The notes under the pieces: model-generated | The model's input: only the letters and a program-made list of their open reading frames with translations | Database searches by the model: none | Told to the model about the DNA's origin: nothing | Virus record (IMG/VR): IMGVR_UViG_3300044609_000580 | Span: 1 to 63,433 of that record | Strand: one strand, 5' to 3' | Source of the DNA: a virus | Taxonomy: Duplodnaviria > Caudoviricetes | DNA length: 63,433 nt | Shown here: piece by piece, positions 39,201 to 47,717 of the stretch | Position numbering within the stretch: the first letter of the stretch is position 1 | How the letters are laid out: every line of letters begins with the position of its first letter | Position numbers and translations under genes: made by a program

Positions 39201-40224
39201 CCACTTGCTCTGGTGAAGCAGCAGGTGGTGGTGTGTCGCTCTTCTGTGGAACTGCGTTTGGAGTTCCGTTATCTGTTGTTGTGCTCGCAGGAGCAGAGGC
39301 AGTTTCTGGGGTTGGAGTTTCTGATGTTGCTTCACTTGAAACGTTTGTTACTGCTGTAACATCTGGACTCTTTACTGGTTCAGGTTCTGGGAACGGTTTC
39401 TTCTCGTTTGCCGTTGCAGCAATCGCATTATAACCAATAGAATACCAATACTTTGATGAAATTCCATCAGTATTAATCTTTTCTCTGCCTGCTGCTAGAC
39501 TGGTCGCAGCATCATAACTTTCACACAATGCAACTGTTAAGAGACCTGCTAATGACCGAACAGATTCTCTTCTCTTTTCTTCATCTTCCTCGTAGATCAA
39601 ATCGTCTTCATCAAGAATTCTTGCTGTGAGGAAAAGTTTGTATGCGAATTCTAGATAATTATACGCCCAAGTATTCTGATCAACAATTGAATTTCGAACG
39701 AAATTGCTAATCGGATTACTGACGTTATGGTGTCTGATATAACTCGGAGGTTCATTGTTCAGAAGATAATACTGAACATTATTTCTTTCCTCAGTTCTTG
39801 GAGCAGCAAAATCTAATTCTGTATCATTTTTCTTTATTGATTCATCTGCATACGAAGATCTTCTCTCAGATTCATATGGACCATCACCGTGAAGTTTGAG
39901 TCCGCCCTGTGCCCAAGCAATGACTTCTTTGTCAATATATGCAGAATCTACAAGTTGCTGAATTGTTAAGCGATACGCACCGTATCTACCACGAGAATCC
40001 ACTTTATTTGGTAGTGGTTTGCTGCCTGGAACTGGATAGATTTTATCTAACGCGATCGCAGACTCTGTTAGAATTTGGGCAATCTCTTTCCTAGAAAGTG
40101 GACCGATTTGTTTTCTTACAATAAGATAATTGTATTCGGACTTCGGATTAGTCTCACTCGCAAGTTCTTTACCAATTTTGGTAATTGCTTGTTCAATATC
40201 TTGTTCAGTAACTAGATATGCCAT
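36208..40224 (-). CDS. gp5-like spike, C-terminal part: unknown N-domain, beta-helix, peptidase M15-like domain
   Basis: YPYNKV...ESGHALEIDDTPGAERL...HRSGTF gp5 motif; beta-helix repeats; C-terminal INSGYR, SAHPIGAAVD and WVHVG. Confidence 0.82.
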   Translation of the reverse strand: MAYLVTEQDIEQAITKIGKELASETNPKSEYNYLIVRKQIGPLSRKEIAQILTESAIALDKIYPVPGSKPLPNKVDSRGRYGAYRLTIQQLVDSAYIDKEVIAWAQGGLKLHGDGPYESERRSSYADESIKKNDTELDFAAPRTEERNNVQYYLLNNEPPSYIRHHNVSNPISNFVRNSIVDQNTWAYNYLEFAYKLFLTARILDEDDLIYEEDEEKRRESVRSLAGLLTVALCESYDAATSLAAGREKINTDGISSKYWYSIGYNAIAATANEKKPFPEPEPVKSPDVTAVTNVSSEATSETPTPETASAPASTTTDNGTPNAVPQKSDTPPPAASPEQVATAAPPEKPKASSASSSGTGYKIDYLLEGTTFSARGVLVGTNKLVCSGAESDRNSLKTSLIDQLDRQLSKASSKTKLENPLEVIKSVGSINLYWSGNTGSVTVKINGLNIKSITVTNTDGYLSSTTISNLVDDLAALKVSITDPKVALTYTQIINYFTGASGYKKDIESVKEAYSTQQQGATEAEALEALKNDINNNFLVVTEPLENQKNIPSTEAQETSNADGTSSTTVTTVYEDGSKTVVTTTTTADGTLTTEKTVVPVAPAANVSPPKAGEDLDQVRDPDKGSPAIAAGRNSEATFNATNQPSNSDVIPSDPSKGFQDPNNQYPKKESVNKPDTNTLAVGINSPSINADPRSPAGDRKSTSPGASPAARNASRKREVKTAGRNGTTWSQPESPYAAQYPYNKVFGGESGHALEIDDTPGAERLNFAHRSGTFDEIGPDGTKVTKIVGDGYTIYDNDGYILIEGSANVHLAGACNVYIAGDTNLTMHGKASIDVHNDLDLNVGGHIAVSAGKGIFVRNQGIFSLDNVGDIEMRSKGKLTQEVVGTYNITTTGGYNMTSKANSNVKISGISYTTSTGDMNFCTDGVFKAKSAGDMNMLTAAVMNQESVGAFNNKSGAAVNVEGAGNINLKAPLVASSPIDTPTLDVTTANVSTLNAGSTNLRATGTDTGTNGGSTHDLPISGPTSASVTAPASATSAVEADCASVAPLSKPVPLELPVSVSKGSAPASSAGVGASNTSNRGGGGGGDSNVATDGGELDSEGTNSDHSSADCAQGEGNQSTDGSTENGVDPSNSSGGSEAAGPFQSKPPAACGGANSGLPAIPAMNPKRPDMSFKLSPNYTLKEFMQTVESKSSSIVPFGRWGTVDILANMRCILVNVVEPARKQFPGLIINSGYRQYSGNTSAHPIGAAVDLRIPGKKADGRAHMQLAEWIARNCPGMDQIIFENGGQPNYWVHVGVVNQQGAVRGQKFSMVGSNSSKPKRVNKGLSASMTGFVMT

Positions 40225-40226
40225 TT

Positions 40227-41186
40227 TTATGCCCCGTATTTCTTTTTATATTTTTCAAATGCTTCTTTTCGTTTGGACAGTCCATTGTCTCCGCCGTTAA
40301 CAGACAATGTAACTTTGGCACAATCATGCCATTTATTACCCTTATCAATTCTATGCGCGATACCTCCAGCATATGCACCTTTAGGTAACTTACCATAAGC
40401 AGTAAACCAATAGAGAACGACTTTCCCTCCCAATTCTTTTGGTGCAACTAAATCTGGATTATCTACATACTTGTTACCAACGCCCATGAATGCACCAAAT
40501 CCCGCATAGTTAGCTCTTCCAGTCAACTGTATATAACCCCTACCCTTATACTTTTGACCATCTCCAGGTTGCGTGTTACCAAGATCCTTGCGACCCTCGT
40601 ATTGCTGTCCTGCATTTTTCCCAATTTCGGTAAACCATTTAAACCCACCAGTTTCGACATAACATTGTGCCATGATTGCTGCCTTTGCAGTCATGCTCCA
40701 ATTTTTGAAGTTACCTTTATTCGCTTCCAGTAAGTTCTCCAGATATTCTTCAGCGTCTTTGGCATTACCAGCAGGTTCTTGAATATCTCCTGGACTTGAT
40801 GTTGCACTATCACCAGATTGTCCAGATCCATCACCTGTTCCACCATCATCACATCCAGTTCCGCGAAGACCTCCAGGAATTGCACCGACGGTTCCAAAGA
40901 ACATGGGATGCTGCCCATCTTCACCATCAGCGAAGAAACCTACGCACCAAGATCCTTCAACTGCACCAGTTGGAGACCAACCAACACCAGAAGTTCCTGC
41001 TGAATTGGCAGGCATAACTGGAATCGCCCAAGGTAAATCCTCGGAAGGTAGTTCTTCTTTGTCATCTGTATGATATCCAAGAATTCTTATTTTACACCGA
41101 CCGAGTCGAAGCGGATCGTCACGATCTTCGACTACGCCGAACCACCAATAAAAATTTGCATTGTTGTTAGAAGTAAAATTGTCCAT
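40227..41186 (-). CDS. gp5 N-terminal OB-fold fused to a GH19-family lytic domain
   Basis: WWFGVVEDRDDPLRLGRCKIRILGYH and LPWA motifs; AQCYVETGGF, YKGRGYIQLTGRANY and VNGGDNGL GH19 motifs. Confidence 0.88.
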   Translation of the reverse strand: MDNFTSNNNANFYWWFGVVEDRDDPLRLGRCKIRILGYHTDDKEELPSEDLPWAIPVMPANSAGTSGVGWSPTGAVEGSWCVGFFADGEDGQHPMFFGTVGAIPGGLRGTGCDDGGTGDGSGQSGDSATSSPGDIQEPAGNAKDAEEYLENLLEANKGNFKNWSMTAKAAIMAQCYVETGGFKWFTEIGKNAGQQYEGRKDLGNTQPGDGQKYKGRGYIQLTGRANYAGFGAFMGVGNKYVDNPDLVAPKELGGKVVLYWFTAYGKLPKGAYAGGIAHRIDKGNKWHDCAKVTLSVNGGDNGLSKRKEAFEKYKKKYGA

Positions 41187-41188
41187 AA

Positions 41189-43204
41189 TTAACTCGCCAC
41201 TATTTGATTAACACGTTTCAAGACTGCAGGATAACTCTTAGGATGAAGTCCATCGCCGCTCGGGAATTCTTTTAAATCGACTGTCTTATCACCATATTTA
41301 GATGCAACACTTTGAATCTTTTGTGCCAAGGTTCTATCATATGGAAGAATCCAAACAACTTTCTTAGATTGTGCCTTGATTGACTCTCTCAACGCTGTTG
41401 CATTATCTGTGGTTTTAGCATTCGGGTAACCCTTATCATTTGATCCCATTGAGATAACAGTATAATCAGAACCACCCTTTGAAGAATAATTCTGTTTAAT
41501 CTTATCCGTATTCCACCCAACAGTTGCGTTTGTTGTTGCATCTTTTGCAGATCCACCAAGTCCAACTGCAATACTGTCACCAATAAACGATCCCTTACCA
41601 ACTGGTTTGTTGGTAGGAGGTGTAGCATTGGGATCTTGGGTGTTTGTTGGGGATGAAGTTTGAGGTTTCGATCCTGCGTCTTCTCCTGTTGTTTCCGTTT
41701 CGGTAATATCGAGAAGCGCATTCGCATAAGAATCTTTTGAAAGTTCCAAAATCATATTATGGTGGAAAGGAGTAATATGATGGTGAATTGCTGTTATCAT
41801 AAAGAATCCGCTGACAAGAGGATCCCACAATACTCTGGATGTTTCTGCCGTGTCTTCAGACTTAGGAGTTACGGATGGATAAAAAAATCTCACAATTTTT
41901 CCTGCCTCACAATCTGTTCTACCAGGAACGTCAATTGAAATTTTCATAGTTGACATGTCCATTAACGCACTATTTCTCTGCCCAATAAAATCTTCAGGAG
42001 CAAGATCGACTGAAGTTTGAGTGCTATCCAACACTCCAGGATTAACAGTTGCTAGAAAATTCTTGGTGTTATATGACCGCATCACATTGATCGGGAACAG
42101 CGAATGATACTTCTTAGTCTCGTCTTCAATATATTTATTTTCTTTACCTGGAGCATATTTGTATGTTTCTAAGTGCTTATACTCATCGAATTGAAACCCA
42201 TGATCATAAACCCAATGTTTGTGTTCTTTTTTGATTAAATCAAAAGTATATACGCTGTTCACAAAATGTCCCAAATCTTGGGATTTAAGAACATCTAATT
42301 GTGACAAGAATTTCATATCCTTGACTGTAGCGTATCCTTGACTCAGTGAATTTGATTGCCTTGTATCATTCAATTGTGTGTTATAGATAAAATCGGAATA
42401 AATCAAATTATTTGTCATTTGCACGTCAATCAATGCTTCGATCGATGCGAAATAAAATGCCTTAGTTGTTTCGTAGAACAAGAAAGTCGGCGAGTCGTGC
42501 TTCGAACCAAGCGATCGTTTAGCCAACCAATTTAGAATTTTCATTGGACTCCACATTGGCGAAACAAATGCAATGCGAGAAGTGTGGGGAGTGTCTGAAA
42601 TAAATAGTGGGGTATACTTTTTATTTGTATCTTCGCTAGTTGTATTAGGGTTTTCAGATTTATCGCCTTCTGGCGAATCCATAGAAGTCTTCGAACTAAA
42701 AATTCTGGGAATCTGAAAAAATTCTTCATAAACTTGCAGGGCGATTTCATCTGTCGACCCTTCGAATTTTCTAGATACTTTGGCAACATTGTCTAATGAT
42801 GCTTCCATCGAACAAAAATGTATCGTATAGAATTGTTCTCTGTCTGCATTTAGTTGGCGATTTTTAATCGCGTAAACAGAAAACGATTTTTGAATCTTGT
42901 TTATTGCATCTTTAGCATCTGGTTCTGCGAATCCAGGAGTTACGATATCTAGAGTTACGACTTCATCACCGACTAATGGTAATTGCCCAATAAGATTCAA
43001 GGAATCTCTTATGACAATATTTCCAGTAAGAGAAGGCGAAAACATATCTTCAAAAACGTTAATCTCCACAACGAACGGTTTTAAGTCAAGTGTTTCGTTC
43101 GACAAAGTTGTCATTTCAACTTTGTGTATTAAGACATCTCCTGGACGAACGAGGTCTTTTAGATCTCTTGGTTTATTATCTTTAGGTGTAGTTGTTTCAG
43201 TCAT
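41189..43204 (-). CDS. Baseplate hub-like protein with C-terminal SGNH hydrolase domain
   Basis: Position between g53 and g5; INVFEDMFSPSLTGNIVIRD and SGFFMITAIHH; tail with FIGDSIAVG, SMGSND and DGLHP. Confidence 0.7.
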   Translation of the reverse strand: MTETTTPKDNKPRDLKDLVRPGDVLIHKVEMTTLSNETLDLKPFVVEINVFEDMFSPSLTGNIVIRDSLNLIGQLPLVGDEVVTLDIVTPGFAEPDAKDAINKIQKSFSVYAIKNRQLNADREQFYTIHFCSMEASLDNVAKVSRKFEGSTDEIALQVYEEFFQIPRIFSSKTSMDSPEGDKSENPNTTSEDTNKKYTPLFISDTPHTSRIAFVSPMWSPMKILNWLAKRSLGSKHDSPTFLFYETTKAFYFASIEALIDVQMTNNLIYSDFIYNTQLNDTRQSNSLSQGYATVKDMKFLSQLDVLKSQDLGHFVNSVYTFDLIKKEHKHWVYDHGFQFDEYKHLETYKYAPGKENKYIEDETKKYHSLFPINVMRSYNTKNFLATVNPGVLDSTQTSVDLAPEDFIGQRNSALMDMSTMKISIDVPGRTDCEAGKIVRFFYPSVTPKSEDTAETSRVLWDPLVSGFFMITAIHHHITPFHHNMILELSKDSYANALLDITETETTGEDAGSKPQTSSPTNTQDPNATPPTNKPVGKGSFIGDSIAVGLGGSAKDATTNATVGWNTDKIKQNYSSKGGSDYTVISMGSNDKGYPNAKTTDNATALRESIKAQSKKVVWILPYDRTLAQKIQSVASKYGDKTVDLKEFPSGDGLHPKSYPAVLKRVNQIVAS

Positions 43205-43206
43205 TT

Positions 43207-43713
43207 TTATCTAACAAGATTTGTGTATGATGATATAAATTCTGCCAAAAATTCAGGTCTAAGAATTTTAATTTCTCTCTTTGCATAATTCAGTTCTTCT
43301 TCATGTTGGAGATTTGTTATTGCCTCAATGACACCATTTGCCAAATCTGCTGCGTCATAATCTACAATTAATTTATCGCCATCTGTAGTTCTGTAATGGT
43401 GTACCTCGTAGATTCCCGTTGGTCCATATTTCTTTTTTGCATATTCAATGAGGTCGGCATCAAACATAGGCCATTCTTTTCTCACATCAACAATCTCATT
43501 CATAACTAGAATGATCCAATGATAGTCTGCTCGTCCATAAAATTTATCTGCAACGTGCTCAGGAGTAAACCCATCAGGAATGGTAACTTCCTGCAGAATA
43601 GCATAGTTGTTGGAGAACATATCAACAGAAACTCTTCTGAAGATGTCAGTTATTGTTTTCGTTTCGCCATTTGGCAAAGTTACTAGCAACGATGGATATA
43701 ATGTAAATAACAT
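43207..43713 (-). CDS. g53: Baseplate wedge subunit
   Basis: PEHVADKFYGRADYHWIILVMN, WPM, HHY and EEELNYAKREIKILRP motifs. Confidence 0.92.
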   Translation of the reverse strand: MLFTLYPSLLVTLPNGETKTITDIFRRVSVDMFSNNYAILQEVTIPDGFTPEHVADKFYGRADYHWIILVMNEIVDVRKEWPMFDADLIEYAKKKYGPTGIYEVHHYRTTDGDKLIVDYDAADLANGVIEAITNLQHEEELNYAKREIKILRPEFLAEFISSYTNLVR

Positions 43714-44924
43714 TAGAATCCTTTCTCAATTCTATCGGCAGTCAGAGTTTCGAGTTCTGTAAACTCTAAACGAATTGTCGCTTCGGTTGGCATACCATCG
43801 GAAAATGTAGTATATCCTTCTGCGCCATAATCAATTGCCATGTTAGTCAATGCGCAGTTTGATATTTTTCTCACAAATTTATTTTCTTCACCATTGTGAT
43901 AGTAAATAATCAAAAATTCTGATGGGTATGATAAAAATAATCCAGATTTACTTTTTGTTGGATGCATATGTCTAAGAAACGTTGGGATAATGCCTTCTTT
44001 TGGTGAATTTGGTTCGCCAAAAATCTGCACTGCCTCGTCTCTGTTTCTCGGAGAAAATCTATAATCAAATAGGAATTTTCTGAATCCCATGGAACGGAAC
44101 AATTGTTCTTTATATGGGTTTTCAACTTTCTTGGAAGTTGCCTCAACCACATTTTGCAACCCCTGGAATCCAGTCAATCCTGCAAGTTTGGATGCCTTTC
44201 TCATTGCATAATCTGAGAGTTCGCCTGCAGAGAAATTCATTTGACCTGCTGCCAATGCACCAACTATACCACCGAGATCTCCCTGATCCCAGTTGGCAGT
44301 ATATGCGGCAGAAACTTTCTCGGATACATGCAGTATAATTTCATTGTCACCAAATACAAGACGTTGTTCACCTGCCAATCCTGCTTGCGCCAATCCAAAA
44401 AGTGCACCAGCACCACCACCGAGAGCACCACCTTTAAATGCAGAACCCAATTGTGTTGCGACGCTTGTTACTGCAGACATCTGTTCTGCACCGTCTGCGC
44501 CAGATGATCCTCTACCACCCGCATTACTTAATGCTTTGCCGATGCCAATTGCTGCACCAGCCAAGGCACCAGCAGCAGCAGTTGCGGTAAGATTATTTTG
44601 CGGATCCGCTCTATTTTGATCAGATTGATCAAAGATAATCCCAGAGGATCCCATTCGTTTTCCATATGGTGAAGATTCTCTGACAAGTGGATAAAACACA
44701 ACATAGTGCGGAAATTCCGGATTGACACCAACGTCGAGAGGATATTTGTATGATCTACTGTTTGGAACAAGTCCCTCATTAAGAGGATTTCCAATTTCGG
44801 TAAGCAGAGTATCTCTGTTAAATCTGCTTTTTGGTGGTTCAGAACTTGCTGGTGCTTGTGGTTTCACTGCTCCGCTAGTTTGCTGAGTTTGTGTTGCTGG
44901 CGATGAAGCAGGAGTGTCAGCCAT
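43713..44924 (-). CDS. g48: Baseplate tail-tube cap
   Basis: YKYPLD, NPYKEQLFRSMGFRKFLFDYRFSPRN and LEFTELE motifs. Confidence 0.88.
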   Translation of the reverse strand: MADTPASSPATQTQQTSGAVKPQAPASSEPPKSRFNRDTLLTEIGNPLNEGLVPNSRSYKYPLDVGVNPEFPHYVVFYPLVRESSPYGKRMGSSGIIFDQSDQNRADPQNNLTATAAAGALAGAAIGIGKALSNAGGRGSSGADGAEQMSAVTSVATQLGSAFKGGALGGGAGALFGLAQAGLAGEQRLVFGDNEIILHVSEKVSAAYTANWDQGDLGGIVGALAAGQMNFSAGELSDYAMRKASKLAGLTGFQGLQNVVEATSKKVENPYKEQLFRSMGFRKFLFDYRFSPRNRDEAVQIFGEPNSPKEGIIPTFLRHMHPTKSKSGLFLSYPSEFLIIYYHNGEENKFVRKISNCALTNMAIDYGAEGYTTFSDGMPTEATIRLEFTELETLTADRIEKGF

Positions 44925-44929
44925 GTTCG

Positions 44930-44969
44930 AATAAATATCCTATTAAGTATAGAGTTTGGAATATTTATA
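44930..44969. promoter_or_regulatory. Face-to-face late promoters: + AATAAATA 44930-44937 (g4) and - TATAAATA 44962-44969 (g48)
   Basis: Both motifs lie in the 44-bp gap between divergent genes. Confidence 0.6.
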
Positions 44970-45427
44970 TGAGTTATGGCAAGGAAACTTTGAAAGGTCT
45001 GTATAAAATACAGAATCCAAAGAAATATATTGGCAATCCAAACAATATTGTTTATCGCTCCAGTTGGGAACTGAAATTCATGAAGTGGTGCGATAACAAC
45101 GACAACATATTGGAATGGGGATCTGAAGAGTTGCCCATACCGTATATCTCTCCTTTAGATAATCGAGTACATAGATATTTCGTGGATTTTTATATCAAGG
45201 TTCAAGAAAAAAGTGGTGTTACAAAGAAGTATCTGGTTGAGGTAAAACCGCAGAAGTTTACTAAAGAACCCAAAGTTCCTGCTAGGAAAACAAAGAAGTT
45301 TCTACAGGAAGTTATGCAATGGGGTGTAAACCAAGCAAAGTGGAAATTTGCTACTGAGTTTTGTGAAGATAGAGGATGGAAATTCATCATCCTAACTGAA
45401 AAAGAGTTGGGAATCCGTAATAAATAA
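44969..45427 (+). CDS. g4: Head completion nuclease (TnsA-like)
   Basis: NPKKYIGNPNNIVYRSSWELKFM, HRYFVDF, EVKP and NQAKW motifs; start at MSYGK. Confidence 0.92.
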   Translation: MSYGKETLKGLYKIQNPKKYIGNPNNIVYRSSWELKFMKWCDNNDNILEWGSEELPIPYISPLDNRVHRYFVDFYIKVQEKSGVTKKYLVEVKPQKFTKEPKVPARKTKKFLQEVMQWGVNQAKWKFATEFCEDRGWKFIILTEKELGIRNK

Positions 45428-45441
45428 GAAGGAGAATATCT

Positions 45442-45603
45442 ATGGCAAAAGCAAAATCTGGTGGCGGAAATACTAAAATTTCCTTTACTAATCAGAAAAA
45501 GGGCAAAACCACAATCGGTGGTAGTTCCTCTTCGATAAAGTTTTCAACCATGAATAAACGTAAACGTGCAAATTATAAAGCATACAGAGGACAAGGTAGG
45601 TAA
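45442..45603 (+). CDS. Small basic protein (53 aa) ending YRGQGR, not in the ORF track
   Basis: AAGGAG SD, upstream AATAAATA; MAKAKSGGGNTKISFTNQKKGKTTIGGSSSSIKFSTMNKRKRANYKAYRGQGR; fills the g4-g2 gap exactly. Confidence 0.8.
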   Translation: MAKAKSGGGNTKISFTNQKKGKTTIGGSSSSIKFSTMNKRKRANYKAYRGQGR

Positions 45604-46176
45604 TTGGCAAATCCGTTTCAGAGACTTCGTGCCAAGGCAGGTGATGGACAAAAGTCCATGGATTGGTATATGAACAATGTGAAAAACCTCGTTGGCGCGA
45701 GGTTGTCTCAGAGCAGCGTAATGAAATCAGATATCGGTGAATTGAAAACCAATATCGAGATTGGTTCAATGTATCTGTATTTCTATGATCCAAAGTTGAA
45801 GGAAGAACTTCCTTTCTATGATACCTTTCCGTTGGTGTTACCATTCGGTCCAGCAAAAGGTGGATTCTATGGAATCAATTTACATTACCTACCTTACCTG
45901 CTACGAGCACAAGTTCTTGGTGAATTGTTAGATTACAAGACAACCAAGACATATTCTGAAACAACCAAGTTACGTATGTCATACAATCTATTAAACAACT
46001 TGAAGAATGCGAATGAGGTCAAACCGTGTATCAAACATTACTTGACCAACCACGTTAATTCACAATTCATGAAAGTCAACCCTGAAGATTGGCAAGCAGC
46101 AATATTCTTGCCGATCGAGAACTTTGTGGGTGCCACAAAAGAACAGGTATTCAGAGATTCTAGGAGCAAATTTTAA
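45604..46176 (+). CDS. g2: DNA end protector protein
   Basis: GSMYLYFYDPKLKEELPFYDTFPLV, GINLHYLP and CIKHYL motifs. Confidence 0.92.
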   Translation: MANPFQRLRAKAGDGQKSMDWYMNNVKNLVGARLSQSSVMKSDIGELKTNIEIGSMYLYFYDPKLKEELPFYDTFPLVLPFGPAKGGFYGINLHYLPYLLRAQVLGELLDYKTTKTYSETTKLRMSYNLLNNLKNANEVKPCIKHYLTNHVNSQFMKVNPEDWQAAIFLPIENFVGATKEQVFRDSRSKF

Positions 46177-46823
46177 TGGTGCAGGCATTCCACAGTATAT
46201 CAGATTTCATCTCACAAGTCAAGAAAACTGACTTAGCAAGATCTAATAGATTTGAGGTAATGTTCAATTATCCACAAATTATGCAAAGTCATTATACTTC
46301 ACAGGGAGAATCTCCAAAAATAATCTCCATGATGGTGGAAGATATAATTTTTCCTGGATTGCTTATCGGAACGAGAGCATATAGATTGAACAATTTAAAT
46401 TATCCACGTGCAACGTCTATTGACTTCGGTGGAGATTCGATCTCAATGACATTTTTGGTTGATGCATCGTGGACTGTTAAAGACTTTTTTGGAGACTGGA
46501 TGCGGCAAATTGTTAACCCAGTAACAAGATATGTCGAATATCCAGACGATTATGTTGCTGATATCGACTTGGTGGCATTGAACAACAAAGATGAAGTTGT
46601 TGTTCAATGGAGAATTGAGGGTGCATTCCCGAGATCATTAGCACCAATTCAAGCATCTGGAACAAATGCACAAGTTTTACGCATGCCTGTAACTTTCACA
46701 TATAAAAATTGGAGAGCAATTGGCGGATATGACCCAGAAGGTAATCCAATGCAATTTTCAGCGGAAGGTCAACCAGATGGATTTCCGGAAGATATAACTG
46801 AAGAAGACGACGTCGTAATTTAA
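46176..46823 (+). CDS. g54: Baseplate tail-tube initiator (gp54/gp19 fold)
   Basis: LARSNRFEV, AFPRSLAPI and VTFTYKNW; tube-fold paralog next to g26. Confidence 0.75.
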   Translation: MVQAFHSISDFISQVKKTDLARSNRFEVMFNYPQIMQSHYTSQGESPKIISMMVEDIIFPGLLIGTRAYRLNNLNYPRATSIDFGGDSISMTFLVDASWTVKDFFGDWMRQIVNPVTRYVEYPDDYVADIDLVALNNKDEVVVQWRIEGAFPRSLAPIQASGTNAQVLRMPVTFTYKNWRAIGGYDPEGNPMQFSAEGQPDGFPEDITEEDDVVI

Positions 46824-46851
46824 ACAATATAATTATTTGGAGAATATAATA

Positions 46852-47535
46852 ATGATTCCCGTGTTAGAAACACCTACTTTTGAAATTGAAATTTATTCAA
46901 AAAATCTAAAGGTCGAATTTCGACCATTCCTCGTCAAAGAAGAAAAACTTCTAATAATGGCGCAAGAATCTGGTAATAAATCAGATATTCTTAAAGCAAT
47001 GCAAGATGTGATTACTGCTTGTAGCAAAGGAGCAGTTAATGGTAAAGAACTTCCATTCTTTGATTTACAAAACATATTTGTAAAATTGCGCTCGCAATCG
47101 ATTGGTGGTAGTTCTGAATTCAATTTAATTTGTGGCGAATGTAGTCACAGAACTCCATTCGAACTCGATCTATCAACCATAGAACTACAGATAACAGAAA
47201 ATCATAGCAACAAGATCCAATTAACCGATGATATTGGTGTGATCATGAAGTATCCTGCCGCTGAGACATTAATCCAGGATGACTTAAAAGTATTCGACAT
47301 CATGGTCGCGGCGATTGATGCGATTTATACTAAAGAAGAAATTTTCTCAACAAACGATGAACCAATCGAAGAAGTGATTAAATTTGTTGACGGTCTGACC
47401 TCTGAGCAGTTTGAAAAGATTTCAGAATTCTTCAAAACTGCACCAAGAGTCGAGAAGGTTATTGAATACAAATGCCCGAAATGCGAGACTGAAAATGTCG
47501 TGGTAATTGATGGACTAGAAAGTTTTTTCGGGTAA
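46852..47535 (+). CDS. g26: Baseplate hub assembly chaperone
   Basis: FRPFLVKEEKLLIMAQES, FVKLRSQSIG, CGEC/CPKC and GLESFF motifs; ATG after GGAG. Confidence 0.9.
   Translation: MIPVLETPTFEIEIYSKNLKVEFRPFLVKEEKLLIMAQESGNKSDILKAMQDVITACSKGAVNGKELPFFDLQNIFVKLRSQSIGGSSEFNLICGECSHRTPFELDLSTIELQITENHSNKIQLTDDIGVIMKYPAAETLIQDDLKVFDIMVAAIDAIYTKEEIFSTNDEPIEEVIKFVDGLTSEQFEKISEFFKTAPRVEKVIEYKCPKCETENVVVIDGLESFFG
47523..47529 (+). other. Candidate -1 ribosomal frameshift heptamer T TTT TTC
   Basis: X XXY YYZ in the g26 frame just before its stop; the -1 frame is open and continuous into g51. Confidence 0.65.
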
Positions 47536-47555
47536 CCCTTTCCCATGACAATTTG

Positions 47556-47708
47556 ATGAATTTCTATAAAACTAATTTCATATTGATGCACGAGCATAAA
47601 TATAGTTTAACCGAATTAGAGAATATGATACCTTGGGAAAGGGAAGTGTATATTGGTTTATTGCTGACCCACTTGAAGAAAAAACAAGAAGAACAGAATC
47701 AAGGATAA
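47556..47708 (+). CDS. g51: Baseplate hub assembly catalyst, not in the ORF track
   Basis: MNFYKTNFILMHEHKYSLTELENMIPWEREVYIGLL; the frame stays open upstream to the slippery site. Confidence 0.88.
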   Translation: MNFYKTNFILMHEHKYSLTELENMIPWEREVYIGLLLTHLKKKQEEQNQG

Positions 47709-47717
47709 TTAAACTCC

